From contig JAAYTD010000043.1 in assembly GCA_012518115.1 (NCBI GenBank), forward strand, positions 25,211 through 89,210: a DNA stretch of 64,000 bases, given 5' to 3'. The notes under the pieces were generated by a model. The model did no database searches. It had not been told where the DNA came from and saw only the letters and a program-made list of their open reading frames with translations. This DNA is from Ignavibacteria bacterium. GTDB lineage: Bacteria; Bacteroidota; Ignavibacteria; Kapaibacteriales; UBA2268. Positions 29,741 to 40,417 of this stretch are shown here, in pieces. The translations under genes were made by a program, and so were the position numbers. The stretch's first letter is position 1. The number at the start of each line of letters is the position of its first letter.

Positions 29741-32120
29741 ATTTATTATTTTTTATAAAAGCTACAATAATTCTTAGTATTGCAAAATCTATTGGATTTT
29801 CGAGTTTACTTTGTATATCTCTTAGCATTAAATAAGGTGTTTCATCTATTATTTTTTTGACATTATAATAATCTTCTTTACTAAAATAATCATAAGGATT
29901 GAGCTCAACTCCATTTTCGATTGCATATTGAATTTGCCTAGCTATCTCACCTTTTGACACTCCAATTTTTTTAGCAACTTCATCTATATTTTTTCCTTTC
30001 AAAAACAGTTTATTAATTTTTATAATCTCTTTAGCAACTTTGTCGTTTGTTTGTTTTTCTGTATGTATATTTTTTTTGATATCTATTTTTTTCGTAACAC
30101 TTCTATTTGTCTTTTTTGCTGATAGAATAAACTTATTTTTTTCATAAAAATTTACGCCTGCAGAGCTAACACTCACAACAGGATATTCGTCTTCTGATAA
30201 AATAAGCAGTTTGTTTTCTATAGCTATATCTATTTTTGTTATAATTTCATTTTTTTTAGAATCTTTCAAAATACCGAATAGTTTTTCATTTATATTCGTA
30301 TAAGTGCTAAATTTTTCTATGTTCTCACCTATCAAATACTCTCTTATAGAATATCTTCCGTATCTTCCTTTCAATTCTATTGCTACAGATATAATTGCCA
30401 CATTTTCGAAATCTACAACAATAGTGGTTTTCATTTTTCGTTTTTTACAAGAACTACATTTTTTACATTTTCCGCTATATCTATTATCGTTGAAATAATT
30501 CAATATAAAATTCCTTTTGCATTCTTTTGTTTCAGCATAATCAAACATTCTTTGCAAATTATTTTCAGAATCTTTCTTACGTGCATAAAATTCGTTGAAA
30601 TCCATATTAAATTCATCAAATTCATTTATTTTCAATTGAAATTCATAGGTATTGGGCGCTAGTTCATCTTTAACAGCAACAATATTTTCTAATTGCAAAT
30701 ATCGCATATTTTTTTCAAAATCTTCTCTTTCTATTTCATATTTCCTAATTAGATAGTCTTTATCTATATCTACAAATTTATATAGACTTTCTTCGGTTAC
30801 AGATCTTAATATTGCTTCTAACATTTTACTTTTACTATCACTTAATTTGTTCAAATGGTCAATTAGATTTTCTTTTGTATCTAATATCATAATCTGCATA
30901 TTCTTATTTATATTGTTTTTATTTATGACATTATATCTAACAAATTGCTCTATAATAGTATAAGTTTTTGCTGCATTTAGTCCTGTTTTATTTGCAATTT
31001 CTATTTCAGTGAAGAAAGAAGTTTCTGTTTTTTGATTTTTGAAAAAGTCAAAGAGTTTAATAAACTCTTCTTTTGGAGGAAAAGTTGAGTTAATAAAGTA
31101 TTCTTGTAATTTTATATCATTTAAGTTATAGAAAAGATAGCAATTAGATTCTTTACCGTCGCGTCCTGCCCGTCCTGCTTCTTGATAGTAAGCCTCTATA
31201 CTTCCCGGCAAATTATAATGAATAACATTACGAACATCAGCTTTATCTATCCCCATTCCAAAGGCATTTGTCGCTACAATAATACTGTTTTTGTTATTTA
31301 TGAAATCATCTTGATTTTTTTGTCTTTGTGAGGCAGACATTCCCGCATGATACCTGTTTGCTTTAATATTGTCCACTATAAGTTTTTTATATACGTCATC
31401 AGTATTATTGCGAGATCCACAATAAATAATTGTACTTCCTTCTTGATTATCAGCTACAATATTTTTTATTTTCTGGAATTTATCGCTTGTTTTTTCCGTC
31501 AGATAGCTAAGATTTGGTCTATCAAATCCGCTAACAACTCGTTTAGTTTTTTTCATTTTAAGTGCTTTGATAATATCATCTTGCACTTCTGGAGTAGCTG
31601 TAGCTGTTAATGCTACTTTATTAGAAATACTTATATCTTCTAAACTATCCACTATATTTAGATATGACGGTCTAAAATCATGTCCCCATTGAGATATACA
31701 ATGAGCTTCATCTACTGCAATAAAAGAGATTTTTATCTGGCTTAAAATCGTTAGAAATGCTTGGCTCTCTAACCGTTCAGGTGCAATATATATTAATTTA
31801 TATTCTCCTTTTACCAATTTATTTATTCGTTCGCTATATTCATCTCCTTGCAAACTGCTATTAATATAAGTGCAACTAATTCCACGTTTTTCTAAAGCTT
31901 CACTTTGATCTTTCATCAACGCAATAAGAGGTGAGATAACAATTGCCGTACCTTCTAAAATTATCGCAGGTAACTGATAGCATAATGATTTCCCACCTCC
32001 TGTTGGCATAACAACTAAAGTATCATTTCCTTCAATAATATCTTTAATTATTTCATATTGGGCATTGCGAAATTCTTCAAATCCAAAATATTGGCGTAGC
32101 TTTTTATAAATCAATGACAT
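29739..32120 (-). CDS. recQ: RecQ-family ATP-dependent DNA helicase
   Basis: MPTGGGKSLCYQLP, VDEAHCISQWGHDFRP, ALTATAT, ATNAFGMGIDK, YYQEAGRAGRDG, Zn-binding C..CKKCSSC. Confidence 0.95.
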   Translation of the reverse strand: MSLIYKKLRQYFGFEEFRNAQYEIIKDIIEGNDTLVVMPTGGGKSLCYQLPAIILEGTAIVISPLIALMKDQSEALEKRGISCTYINSSLQGDEYSERINKLVKGEYKLIYIAPERLESQAFLTILSQIKISFIAVDEAHCISQWGHDFRPSYLNIVDSLEDISISNKVALTATATPEVQDDIIKALKMKKTKRVVSGFDRPNLSYLTEKTSDKFQKIKNIVADNQEGSTIIYCGSRNNTDDVYKKLIVDNIKANRYHAGMSASQRQKNQDDFINNKNSIIVATNAFGMGIDKADVRNVIHYNLPGSIEAYYQEAGRAGRDGKESNCYLFYNLNDIKLQEYFINSTFPPKEEFIKLFDFFKNQKTETSFFTEIEIANKTGLNAAKTYTIIEQFVRYNVINKNNINKNMQIMILDTKENLIDHLNKLSDSKSKMLEAILRSVTEESLYKFVDIDKDYLIRKYEIEREDFEKNMRYLQLENIVAVKDELAPNTYEFQLKINEFDEFNMDFNEFYARKKDSENNLQRMFDYAETKECKRNFILNYFNDNRYSGKCKKCSSCKKRKMKTTIVVDFENVAIISVAIELKGRYGRYSIREYLIGENIEKFSTYTNINEKLFGILKDSKKNEIITKIDIAIENKLLILSEDEYPVVSVSSAGVNFYEKNKFILSAKKTNRSVTKKIDIKKNIHTEKQTNDKVAKEIIKINKLFLKGKNIDEVAKKIGVSKGEIARQIQYAIENGVELNPYDYFSKEDYYNVKKIIDETPYLMLRDIQSKLENPIDFAILRIIVAFIKNNK

Positions 32121-32129
32121 TTCTTTTAG

Positions 32130-32471
32130 TTAAAATTCCCATTTCAATCTTTTTCCAGCAATAAGATGACAATGTATATGTGGAACTGTTTGTCCGCCAT
32201 CATCATTGCAATTCATAACTAATCTATAACCTTTTTCTGCAACATTATATTTTCTAGCTAGCTCTGTTGCAGTCAGTATAATTTGAGATATCAATTCTGA
32301 ATTATCGCTTGTAAGCTCATTAATAGTTTCAATTTGTTCTTTTGGAAAAATTAAAAAATGTATTGGCGCTTGTGGATTAATATCTTTAATAGCCATTATT
32401 TTTTCATTTTCAAAGATAATTTCTGATTTTATTTCTCTTTTAATAATTTTGGTAAAAATTGAATCTTCCAT
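32130..32471 (-). CDS. hinT: Histidine triad nucleotide-binding protein
   Basis: SIFTKII, DINPQAPIH, GGQTVPHIHCHLI. Confidence 0.92.
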   Translation of the reverse strand: MEDSIFTKIIKREIKSEIIFENEKIMAIKDINPQAPIHFLIFPKEQIETINELTSDNSELISQIILTATELARKYNVAEKGYRLVMNCNDDGGQTVPHIHCHLIAGKRLKWEF

Positions 32472-32498
32472 TTGTTTTTTCCTATTTTTTTGTGTTAT

Positions 32499-32533
32499 AA
32501 AAAAAAAGCCCTCCGCATAAATACGGAGAGCTT
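32499..32533 (-). terminator. Rho-independent terminator of the 1678-aa secreted protein gene
   Basis: Minus-strand stem AAGCTCTCCG / CGGAGGGCTT followed by a T-run. Confidence 0.8.
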
Positions 32534-32552
32534 GTTATGAAATTACTGCTTA

Positions 32553-35500
32553 TTAGTTACTTCTAATTAAGCTCATTTTCTTAGTAAGGATGTTGTCTCC
32601 AACAGTCAATCTAATCATATAGCTACCAGTTGTAACTTTGTTTCCTAAGTTATCTCTACCGTTCCAAGCATAAGAAGCATCGCCGGCATTTACTGTTTCA
32701 TCACTCAAGATAGTACGAACAACTTTACCAAATACGTCAACCACTTCAAGTGTTACGTTCTCATTTCTTGGCATAAAGAAATTGATATAAGTAACATCAT
32801 TAAATGGGTTTGGAGCATTTTGTTCAAGCACAATCTCTTGATTCTGAGAAGCAACATGACTAACTGTAATTATATTATTGTTATGGCATGACAATGTTCC
32901 GTCATAATCCATTTGCAATAATCTGTACTGGTAAGTTTTACCAGATTCAACATCTGTATCATTATATCTGTATCTTCTAGCAGTAGTTGAATTACCTGCA
33001 CCTTTTTCGAAAGTAATTTCTTTCCATTCGCCATCTTCAATATTAGCTCTTTCTAATAGGAAGCCATAGTTGTTAATTTCAGATGCAGTTTCCCACATAA
33101 TTTCTATAGTATTATTGCGTGAATTTCCGTAAAAATAAACTATTTCTACAGGAATAATAGAATCAATATAGCCACCACCTCCAGCTACATCATCTGGACA
33201 AGGATATCTTGCAGTATCTTCTTCTACAGCTTTTTTACCGAAATAAGGTCTTAAAAGTGGCAACCAAGTTCCACGAGATAAAGTACGATAATTATCGCTA
33301 TTTCGTCCATAATGATCAAAATGAGCATAAGCTGGCTGTCCAATTGTTGGCATAAACTTAGTCCATTCACCGCTATTAAGTATATTTTCAAAAGCAAATA
33401 TGTTATTATTTACATAAACTGTTCCAAAGTTTTTGTCAATTTTCGGCACGCGTAAAGTTTTATCTACAAGCAATTGAATACCTCTATTACCAAGAGTACC
33501 ATCCATTTCAGCAGATACAAACATTGTTCTCATAGCCATTCTTTGTCCTGAAGCACCTAATTCTAATCCTGTTTCGCCACGTTGAGCAATAGAAACCCAA
33601 TATGTACCTTTTTCAAGTGCAATACCTACTGGTAATTCATATAGAACGAATGCAGCTACTTTAGGATCAGTACTTTCTTTACCGGCAATATTTTTGGATA
33701 ATAGTCTTCTTGCAAATAATGTTCCTCCTACTTGATTAGCAGGAGTGTCATCAGTGGAGTTTCTATATACTGCAAATGAAATATCGTCAAATGCTTGATT
33801 AGCTTCAGTAAAGTAAGCTTGGAAGCCTTTTATAGTATCAGATGCTGACAAAGTAAATTTCACCGCAATTTGTCCTGAATAGACTCCTTCACTCGGTCCT
33901 GGATACCAAGGGAACATTCTAACCATGCTTAAGCTACCACCGGCTATATAATCTATATATGGACGTCCAAGTACATAGTAATCCTTATATGGATTATCTG
34001 TTGCTAAATTGTGTGTCATTGTCTGAATTCCATTAGGACGCAAGTCTACATTATATCCACCAAAAGTAGCACCTAATAAATTAAGTCCCTTACCATTAAC
34101 ACCAACTTCGGCTGCTACATCATTAGAAGGAGCATCATCATAGGTAAAGCAATCGCTGAATATTAATCTAAACTCGGAAGTAGTAGTATCGTTACTGCTT
34201 ACTGCGTCGCCACCAGGATATATTGATATTGCTTGTAGTGTATAAATGCCTTCACCAAATCTACGAGCCGCAAACTGTGGGAAGTTAAGCTCCGTAGAAG
34301 CACCTGCTCTCAGACTTGCCTGTTGTATTGTACGACAATAAACAGGTTGTCCTGTTGCGCCATATCCTTTAAATATTTTAACTTTAATTGTAAATGGTCT
34401 AGCATCAGTATTAGAAACGTTTGTAAATCTTGTAACAACATCAATATCATTAGCTTGAGAAGCCGGTACAGAAGTATATGGCCATATAACTTTTACTGCT
34501 TCCATTTCTATATCAGGTACAACAGTATTGAATACAACAGAAATGTTGTCTATATAGAATAAATCAGCACCACCCTCGTCAACCGTATTCATATAAATCA
34601 TAGGATCTTTTTGATCTCCGAAAGGACCTTCCGTTTCAATAACTCTCACTCTAAATCTAAAGTTTTTACCACCATCAAAAGCACCATCTATATAGTAATC
34701 AGGAATTGGCACCATATATTTATAGAACTCATAGTCAAATCCTATATCATATGGATTGTACATAACACCTCCAGTAACTTTTCTATTATAAGTAGAAGTA
34801 GCACCCCAACGCACAGGTTTATATACTTTTTTATCAGCATAATCCCAGCCTATAAAGTATCCGCCACCGCCATATATAGCTAATGCAGGAGTAGTTTCTA
34901 AAGGAGTTCCTATTATTTCACCTTCTTTCCACTCCGGATGGTAACGCCAAATTGGATTTCTCTTAGTTCCAGTTCCATTGTGAGAAGATGAATCTTTCAC
35001 GTGGTCTGTACCTGTATTTGTAATAAATCTTATTCCGTCAGGACTTGGTTTCAAAAATTCAATTGCTAAATAGTCAAAGTTTGCAACTTCGCCTCTTATA
35101 TATTGATTTATTGCACCGTCATTTCCACTAAATACTGCACGATGTTCCGGACCGATTAATTGATTATCAGAAAAACCTCTGGCTGTTGAAATAGAGGAAC
35201 TATTTCTTTGAACAGATAGAGCTACGAACGCTCCATTTTTGTTTCTTAAGTCTATAGGAAATGATGTTAGTTTATCCCCTACAGGTCTTTCCATGTTAGG
35301 ATCTGCGTTCCAGTTCATTTCTATAAACGGACTTAATAATGCCGTGTTAGGCGGATTAGCAGTTCTTGCAATACCAATAGGTGGCATAGGATAAGCACTT
35401 GTTTGGGTGGGGATTGCACCTACAACTCTTGGACCATTATTATCATTATGTACCCATTTTAGTATTGAAGGACGAAGTGTATTTTCTATTGAATGGAAAC

Positions 35501-37589
35501 CATTGTCAGCAACTTCATCTCTAAATTCTTTAAGTCTTCTAATAACCCAGAACTTAACTTTTGAAGAGTCGTCAAAAGGCCAATGATCGCCTATAACTTC
35601 ACTTGTAACAGGATCAATTGCTTCTGTAATCGCTTGTGCTTCCATCAAACCGATTTGATTATCTATATATTGATTCGGTTCAAATTTAGAAAAACGTACT
35701 CTTACAAATTCATAAGGCGGAATTCCATTTTGATTATCTGCCATATCTTTAAGAGTTGCTTCATAGTTTGCACCCGCTTTAACAACATTTACATATCTAA
35801 CATTTGAGAACTCATCATCAGTACAGTTGATTTTATCAACAAGACCATCTGCTAAACGCAAACAATGATTTGAAATTCTTGCAACACGATTATATACAAA
35901 TCTATCAAAAGCTACATTTCTCACTCTAAATCTTGCTTGAAATTGGAAGTCTTGTTTTACAAAATTCACTCCGCGTGGCCCTTGAATTTCATTTGTTAAA
36001 TTTTGAATAATAGCAACCGGTTGCATAGAGCCCAATCTTTCTTCACCCGCAAACAGTTCAAAAGGATCGTAGGCATCTTGAACATCTTCCGTTTTTATTA
36101 CTTCCGTATAACCCAATCCTGTTGTAACATCTTTACTTCTTGTTAAATACTGAACATCTACAAGCCGTAAAGCATTACGCCATTGCTTAAATTTAACTTT
36201 ATAATTCGCATTAATAAAATTAGCAAACATATTAGGAGGCATTACACTATTAGGAGGCTGATTACCTGGTTGTTGTTGTGTATATTGTGGATATTCAGCA
36301 GCCCATATTTCAGCTTCCGAACCAGGGTTTTTGCTATCGTACCCTACATGTCTAGCGTAACCACCTACTCCCATAATCATAAAAGGTGCCATAAATACTT
36401 CTGGACTTGCTTGAGCAGCTATACTATTACTCGCATCTGTATAAATAACTACTCCTTTAAAATCACTATATAAATATGTAATAGAACTATCAACTCTATT
36501 AAGTATTACTTGACAACTAGCTGATAAATGTCCTACGTCTTGTATAGGTCGTCCTAAAGGCTCTGCTTCAGTACCAATAGTAAAATGTGCTGGAAGAGTC
36601 GGCAAGTTATATCTACCTGGCAACATAGTTAAGTTTTTATAATAAATAATCAGTCTGTCAGAACTTAACGATCTTTTGTACCAAACTTGTCCATAATCAT
36701 CTGTTATTTTTCTGATAGGGTCATATTGTGGTAAATAGTAAGGACCATAAAATGGTGATATATAAGCTGCACCAGGAGCTATAGTTAATAATTGTCCCAT
36801 ATTTGAAAAATGACCTGTATTAGTAAAAGCTTGATTATCTGCTACTGTAGGTCCTCTTCTTATTCCACCATACCTATTATCTTCGTTTCCACCGCAAGTA
36901 ACAAACAAATAACCATAATTATCAGGTGTTGCGTCAGATAGTCCGTCACCTTGTCTTTCACGACCTGGCGCAAACCAATCGGCACTCATAGGATCATAAC
37001 AGCTCTGCATTCCTGCAGGTTTAACTCTTTTTCCGTTATTATCATAGAAATATCTTCTATTTGTCAAAGATATAATACCTTTTGCAGATACATAGAAACT
37101 ATCGTATCTGATTCCATTAAAATAAAATGCAAAACCTAGAGGAATAGGACCAGCAAAAGCTGCATTAACAGAATCTACAGGCGTTACTTTATCATGTGGA
37201 TTAAACATATGCGCTCTGTCAGCAGGGTTTCTAAAATACCTTACACCTTCATCGCCACTTCCCTCACGCTCTGCTATAGGCACTTGACGAGGACCTGAAT
37301 AAATCCTCCTCCATAAGTAAGAATCAACATTAGTTGGTGCAAATTCTTTCTCTACCGGTTTCCACCTAGCCCAAGCATCTGGATTAGAATCATCGAGTAA
37401 ATAGTATCCTGTTGAAATTGCAGGAGATGTTTTAGGATTTCCTATTTCATTAAATCCTTGTGGAGTTGTTGATAGGTCTGGTTTCTCTGCATTATACTTA
37501 CTAAAAGTATCATCTTGCGCCACAGACGTATCATATACTCCAAACGTTGCTAAAATACATATAGCAACAAATAGACACATTTTTTTCAT
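32553..37589 (-). CDS. Large secreted protein with T9SS-type / FlgD-like C-terminal domain
   Basis: Signal peptide; NIDO-like GPIPLGFAFYFNGIRYDSFYVS; CARDB-like segment ending SSNDT; IPVEIVYF..WETASEINNYGF Ig domain; LEQNAPNPFN...WNGRDNLG..V.TG.Y C-terminus. Confidence 0.8.
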   Translation of the reverse strand: MKKMCLFVAICILATFGVYDTSVAQDDTFSKYNAEKPDLSTTPQGFNEIGNPKTSPAISTGYYLLDDSNPDAWARWKPVEKEFAPTNVDSYLWRRIYSGPRQVPIAEREGSGDEGVRYFRNPADRAHMFNPHDKVTPVDSVNAAFAGPIPLGFAFYFNGIRYDSFYVSAKGIISLTNRRYFYDNNGKRVKPAGMQSCYDPMSADWFAPGRERQGDGLSDATPDNYGYLFVTCGGNEDNRYGGIRRGPTVADNQAFTNTGHFSNMGQLLTIAPGAAYISPFYGPYYLPQYDPIRKITDDYGQVWYKRSLSSDRLIIYYKNLTMLPGRYNLPTLPAHFTIGTEAEPLGRPIQDVGHLSASCQVILNRVDSSITYLYSDFKGVVIYTDASNSIAAQASPEVFMAPFMIMGVGGYARHVGYDSKNPGSEAEIWAAEYPQYTQQQPGNQPPNSVMPPNMFANFINANYKVKFKQWRNALRLVDVQYLTRSKDVTTGLGYTEVIKTEDVQDAYDPFELFAGEERLGSMQPVAIIQNLTNEIQGPRGVNFVKQDFQFQARFRVRNVAFDRFVYNRVARISNHCLRLADGLVDKINCTDDEFSNVRYVNVVKAGANYEATLKDMADNQNGIPPYEFVRVRFSKFEPNQYIDNQIGLMEAQAITEAIDPVTSEVIGDHWPFDDSSKVKFWVIRRLKEFRDEVADNGFHSIENTLRPSILKWVHNDNNGPRVVGAIPTQTSAYPMPPIGIARTANPPNTALLSPFIEMNWNADPNMERPVGDKLTSFPIDLRNKNGAFVALSVQRNSSSISTARGFSDNQLIGPEHRAVFSGNDGAINQYIRGEVANFDYLAIEFLKPSPDGIRFITNTGTDHVKDSSSHNGTGTKRNPIWRYHPEWKEGEIIGTPLETTPALAIYGGGGYFIGWDYADKKVYKPVRWGATSTYNRKVTGGVMYNPYDIGFDYEFYKYMVPIPDYYIDGAFDGGKNFRFRVRVIETEGPFGDQKDPMIYMNTVDEGGADLFYIDNISVVFNTVVPDIEMEAVKVIWPYTSVPASQANDIDVVTRFTNVSNTDARPFTIKVKIFKGYGATGQPVYCRTIQQASLRAGASTELNFPQFAARRFGEGIYTLQAISIYPGGDAVSSNDTTTSEFRLIFSDCFTYDDAPSNDVAAEVGVNGKGLNLLGATFGGYNVDLRPNGIQTMTHNLATDNPYKDYYVLGRPYIDYIAGGSLSMVRMFPWYPGPSEGVYSGQIAVKFTLSASDTIKGFQAYFTEANQAFDDISFAVYRNSTDDTPANQVGGTLFARRLLSKNIAGKESTDPKVAAFVLYELPVGIALEKGTYWVSIAQRGETGLELGASGQRMAMRTMFVSAEMDGTLGNRGIQLLVDKTLRVPKIDKNFGTVYVNNNIFAFENILNSGEWTKFMPTIGQPAYAHFDHYGRNSDNYRTLSRGTWLPLLRPYFGKKAVEEDTARYPCPDDVAGGGGYIDSIIPVEIVYFYGNSRNNTIEIMWETASEINNYGFLLERANIEDGEWKEITFEKGAGNSTTARRYRYNDTDVESGKTYQYRLLQMDYDGTLSCHNNNIITVSHVASQNQEIVLEQNAPNPFNDVTYINFFMPRNENVTLEVVDVFGKVVRTILSDETVNAGDASYAWNGRDNLGNKVTTGSYMIRLTVGDNILTKKMSLIRSN

Positions 37590-37656
37590 TTTTCGTACTC
37601 CGAAAATTGTTATTAAAAATTATTATTAAAAAATTATATTGTTCAAAATTATTGTC

Positions 37657-39348
37657 TTATCTTTTGAAACGCCAGCCTTTATCTTCATGTTCAAAGACCC
37701 AGCCAACGATTTTACCTTCATCAAATTCATTAAAGTTACCCCAGTGACTCTCTGTATAGTAGTAACGAGAACCTGTGCTATCACCTTTTATATCTTTAGC
37801 TTGATCCATTATTTTTCTAATTCTATCTTGCCATTCAATCCAAGTTTTTTCACGCAAATCAACCCAACCTTCATCGCACCACTTATCAATATTTTCTTGC
37901 GTTAAATCATATGCTTTTTCAGCACGCTGAACAGGTATTTTAACATCTCTGCCACGCAAGTATTTTTTACCGTCTGGCATTAAAATAACTAATCCGATAG
38001 ACAACATTTGTTGTCTTAATTTATCATCATTTCGGATAATTTCTAACGCTTGTTTTGATAACTCTGCAGGTTGCATTGTCATAAATTTATTCATAGAACC
38101 TGCTATTCTTCTTATCAAATATCCTTCATAAAGTAATTTTGATAAGCGCGGTGGTCCCAGCAATTCAAAAGCAACACTATCTACATTGTTCTCTTTTTCC
38201 ATTTTCTTTACTGTCTCTAATGCTACGCTACGTAACATTCCGGCTCTATAAGTCGGACCTAGCGTTGTTGCATCTAATCCTTGAATTATCTCTTTACCTG
38301 AATTACCACCCTGAACTTCAAAAACTAAATATTCTGCAATCTCTTCAGGTGTTACCATTTCCATTTGTCCTAAAGCTGATATAGCTTCAAATTCTCCACG
38401 TGAGAATAAACCGTTTTCACCTGTATCAATAAAAACAGACTTAAAGACATCACCGCTGTCTTCAACACCCGCATCATCAGCAAATACAAATTTTCCTGTT
38501 GCAGAATGTGCCTTGTCTAATGGCATATCTAACAAAGGAATAGAACGACCTCTACGTTTTACTTCGCCATAAGCTATTCTTTTCCAAGCTATTGTTGCTG
38601 CCGGTTTAATTTCCTTAACAATAGGACCGCCCGGAGTTCTTGCAAGTAAGTAAAGTAATAAAGTATGAGCTCCGCCTACAGCAGTTTTAGCTAAAAGAAC
38701 TTTTGAAGGACGCTCTTCACTATGAGTATAAGGAATATTTACTCCCATACCACCGGTTCCTGTCGTTCCAATCTTAAAATACATTTTAGTTTTAGCATCG
38801 CAAAGCGCTCTATATATAATTTGGATATGTCGCGTCAATTGCGGGATATAGCTACTTGCCATAACTATTTCTGATGTTTTATTAGATAAAGCACCATTTT
38901 CAATTTCCTTTAGACCGGTTACAGTTGAGTTGTAAATATCTAAATAAGCTATACCTGTAGCAGTATTCATACAATCAACAACTAAATCGGCTTTACTATC
39001 TGTTATCAATTGATAAAGAGAAGAACGCTTTAACATCGCATCATCTAAATCAAGAAATATATCTTTAATATGCTCAACTCTCTTTACTTCGTCACCAATT
39101 ATATCGTTAAAAGGAGTGTCTTTCCATTCTGTTCTTGTAAATAAATTACCCCATTTAGGAACAAACATGTTCAGGTTTACGTTAGGAAACTCCTGACGTA
39201 ACAATTCACAAGCACTTTCAGCTTCTTCTTTCTTCAAAGATGCTATTACAATTTCTTTAGGATTATGTAACATCAACTTTCGTGATACCGCTGAGCCAAC
39301 TAAACCAAAACCACCTAATATTAATATTTTAGAACCGGTAATCTGCAT
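37657..39348 (-). CDS. Uncharacterised NAD(P)-binding Rossmann-fold (SDR-like) protein, 563 aa
   Basis: N-terminal ILILGGFGLVGSAV dinucleotide-binding motif; conserved-looking KIGTTGTGGMGVNIPYTHSEE and DTGENG. Confidence 0.6.
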   Translation of the reverse strand: MQITGSKILILGGFGLVGSAVSRKLMLHNPKEIVIASLKKEEAESACELLRQEFPNVNLNMFVPKWGNLFTRTEWKDTPFNDIIGDEVKRVEHIKDIFLDLDDAMLKRSSLYQLITDSKADLVVDCMNTATGIAYLDIYNSTVTGLKEIENGALSNKTSEIVMASSYIPQLTRHIQIIYRALCDAKTKMYFKIGTTGTGGMGVNIPYTHSEERPSKVLLAKTAVGGAHTLLLYLLARTPGGPIVKEIKPAATIAWKRIAYGEVKRRGRSIPLLDMPLDKAHSATGKFVFADDAGVEDSGDVFKSVFIDTGENGLFSRGEFEAISALGQMEMVTPEEIAEYLVFEVQGGNSGKEIIQGLDATTLGPTYRAGMLRSVALETVKKMEKENNVDSVAFELLGPPRLSKLLYEGYLIRRIAGSMNKFMTMQPAELSKQALEIIRNDDKLRQQMLSIGLVILMPDGKKYLRGRDVKIPVQRAEKAYDLTQENIDKWCDEGWVDLREKTWIEWQDRIRKIMDQAKDIKGDSTGSRYYYTESHWGNFNEFDEGKIVGWVFEHEDKGWRFKR

Positions 39349-39664
39349 TTCTATACAAATAAATTAATTTAACATTTTTTTTCTCTTTTTGTAATGTACA
39401 ATTTAGCATTTTTTTTTCTATTAAACAAATTTTTTTATCAATAATTATATTTTTTATGTTTTTTTACACCTTTACTTTATAATTCTTTACTCTATCTTTG
39501 TGTTACAAATAGTAAGACACAAAAAGTGTCGTTTTGTTACATTTTTTTTAATTTTTATGTTTTTTTATAACGCCCATAATTATATAGAGATTATATTTGA
39601 AGCGAATAATAAAACAAAAAAAATATTTTATTTTACTCCACGTTTTTTTCAAAAAGTGTGGATT

Positions 39665-40414
39665 TTACTTTATACTTTTTTGCCGTAAAATCTCAAAAAA
39701 AATAATTCCTGCCGAAACCGAAGCATTGAGAGAATCTAATTTACCCACCATATTAATTTTTATCAAATGATCACAATGTTTTTGTATAGCGCTCCCCATT
39801 CCTTTCCCTTCACTACCAATTACAACTACAATAGGCTTGTCGTATATTTTATCATAATAATTTTCTTTAGCTTTCATTTCTGTTCCTACTATCCAAAATC
39901 CTTTACTTTTCAATTTTTCTATAGCAACAAGTAAATTATTAACTTGAATGATAGGAAAATAATTCAAAGCACCTGCGGAGCTCTTTATTGCAGTCGGAGT
40001 AATCATAGCTGATTTTTTAGTCGGTAAAATTATAGCTTCTACTCCGGCGCATTCCGCACTTCTGACTATTGCACCTAAATTTTGTGGATCAGTAATTCCG
40101 TCCAATATAGCTAGAACAGGATTTTTTTTCAAATCTATGTTTTCTAAAAAACCCACCAAATCGTAAGTTTTTACAATTTGTTTTAGTGCTATAACTCCCT
40201 GCGTCTTAGCATCAGTCGGACAATTTTTTTTCTCTAATTCCCTAAATTTATTTTTATCTAAAACTGTACAATTTATCTTTTTTTGCTTAGCTAGAATAAG
40301 AATATTTTTTGCTTCAACTCCATAACAAATAAAAATTTTTTGTATTTCAGTGTCAGATTTTATTGCCTCTATTATTGAATTTTTTCCATAAATGTAAGTT
40401 TCGCTTTCTCTCAT
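39665..40414 (-). CDS. rlmB: 23S rRNA (Gm2251) 2'-O-methyltransferase
   Basis: IYGKN, QGVIA, LDGITDPQNLGAIVRSA, KSSAGA, IGSEGKG, SLNASVS (SPOUT). Confidence 0.93.
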   Translation of the reverse strand: MRESETYIYGKNSIIEAIKSDTEIQKIFICYGVEAKNILILAKQKKINCTVLDKNKFRELEKKNCPTDAKTQGVIALKQIVKTYDLVGFLENIDLKKNPVLAILDGITDPQNLGAIVRSAECAGVEAIILPTKKSAMITPTAIKSSAGALNYFPIIQVNNLLVAIEKLKSKGFWIVGTEMKAKENYYDKIYDKPIVVVIGSEGKGMGSAIQKHCDHLIKINMVGKLDSLNASVSAGIIFFEILRQKSIK

Positions 40415-40417
40415 TGT

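Noticed and set aside
39500-39688. 62-aa plus-strand ORF
   Set aside because: GTG start overlapping the promoter-like box, low-complexity AT-rich translation, overlaps the rlmB end
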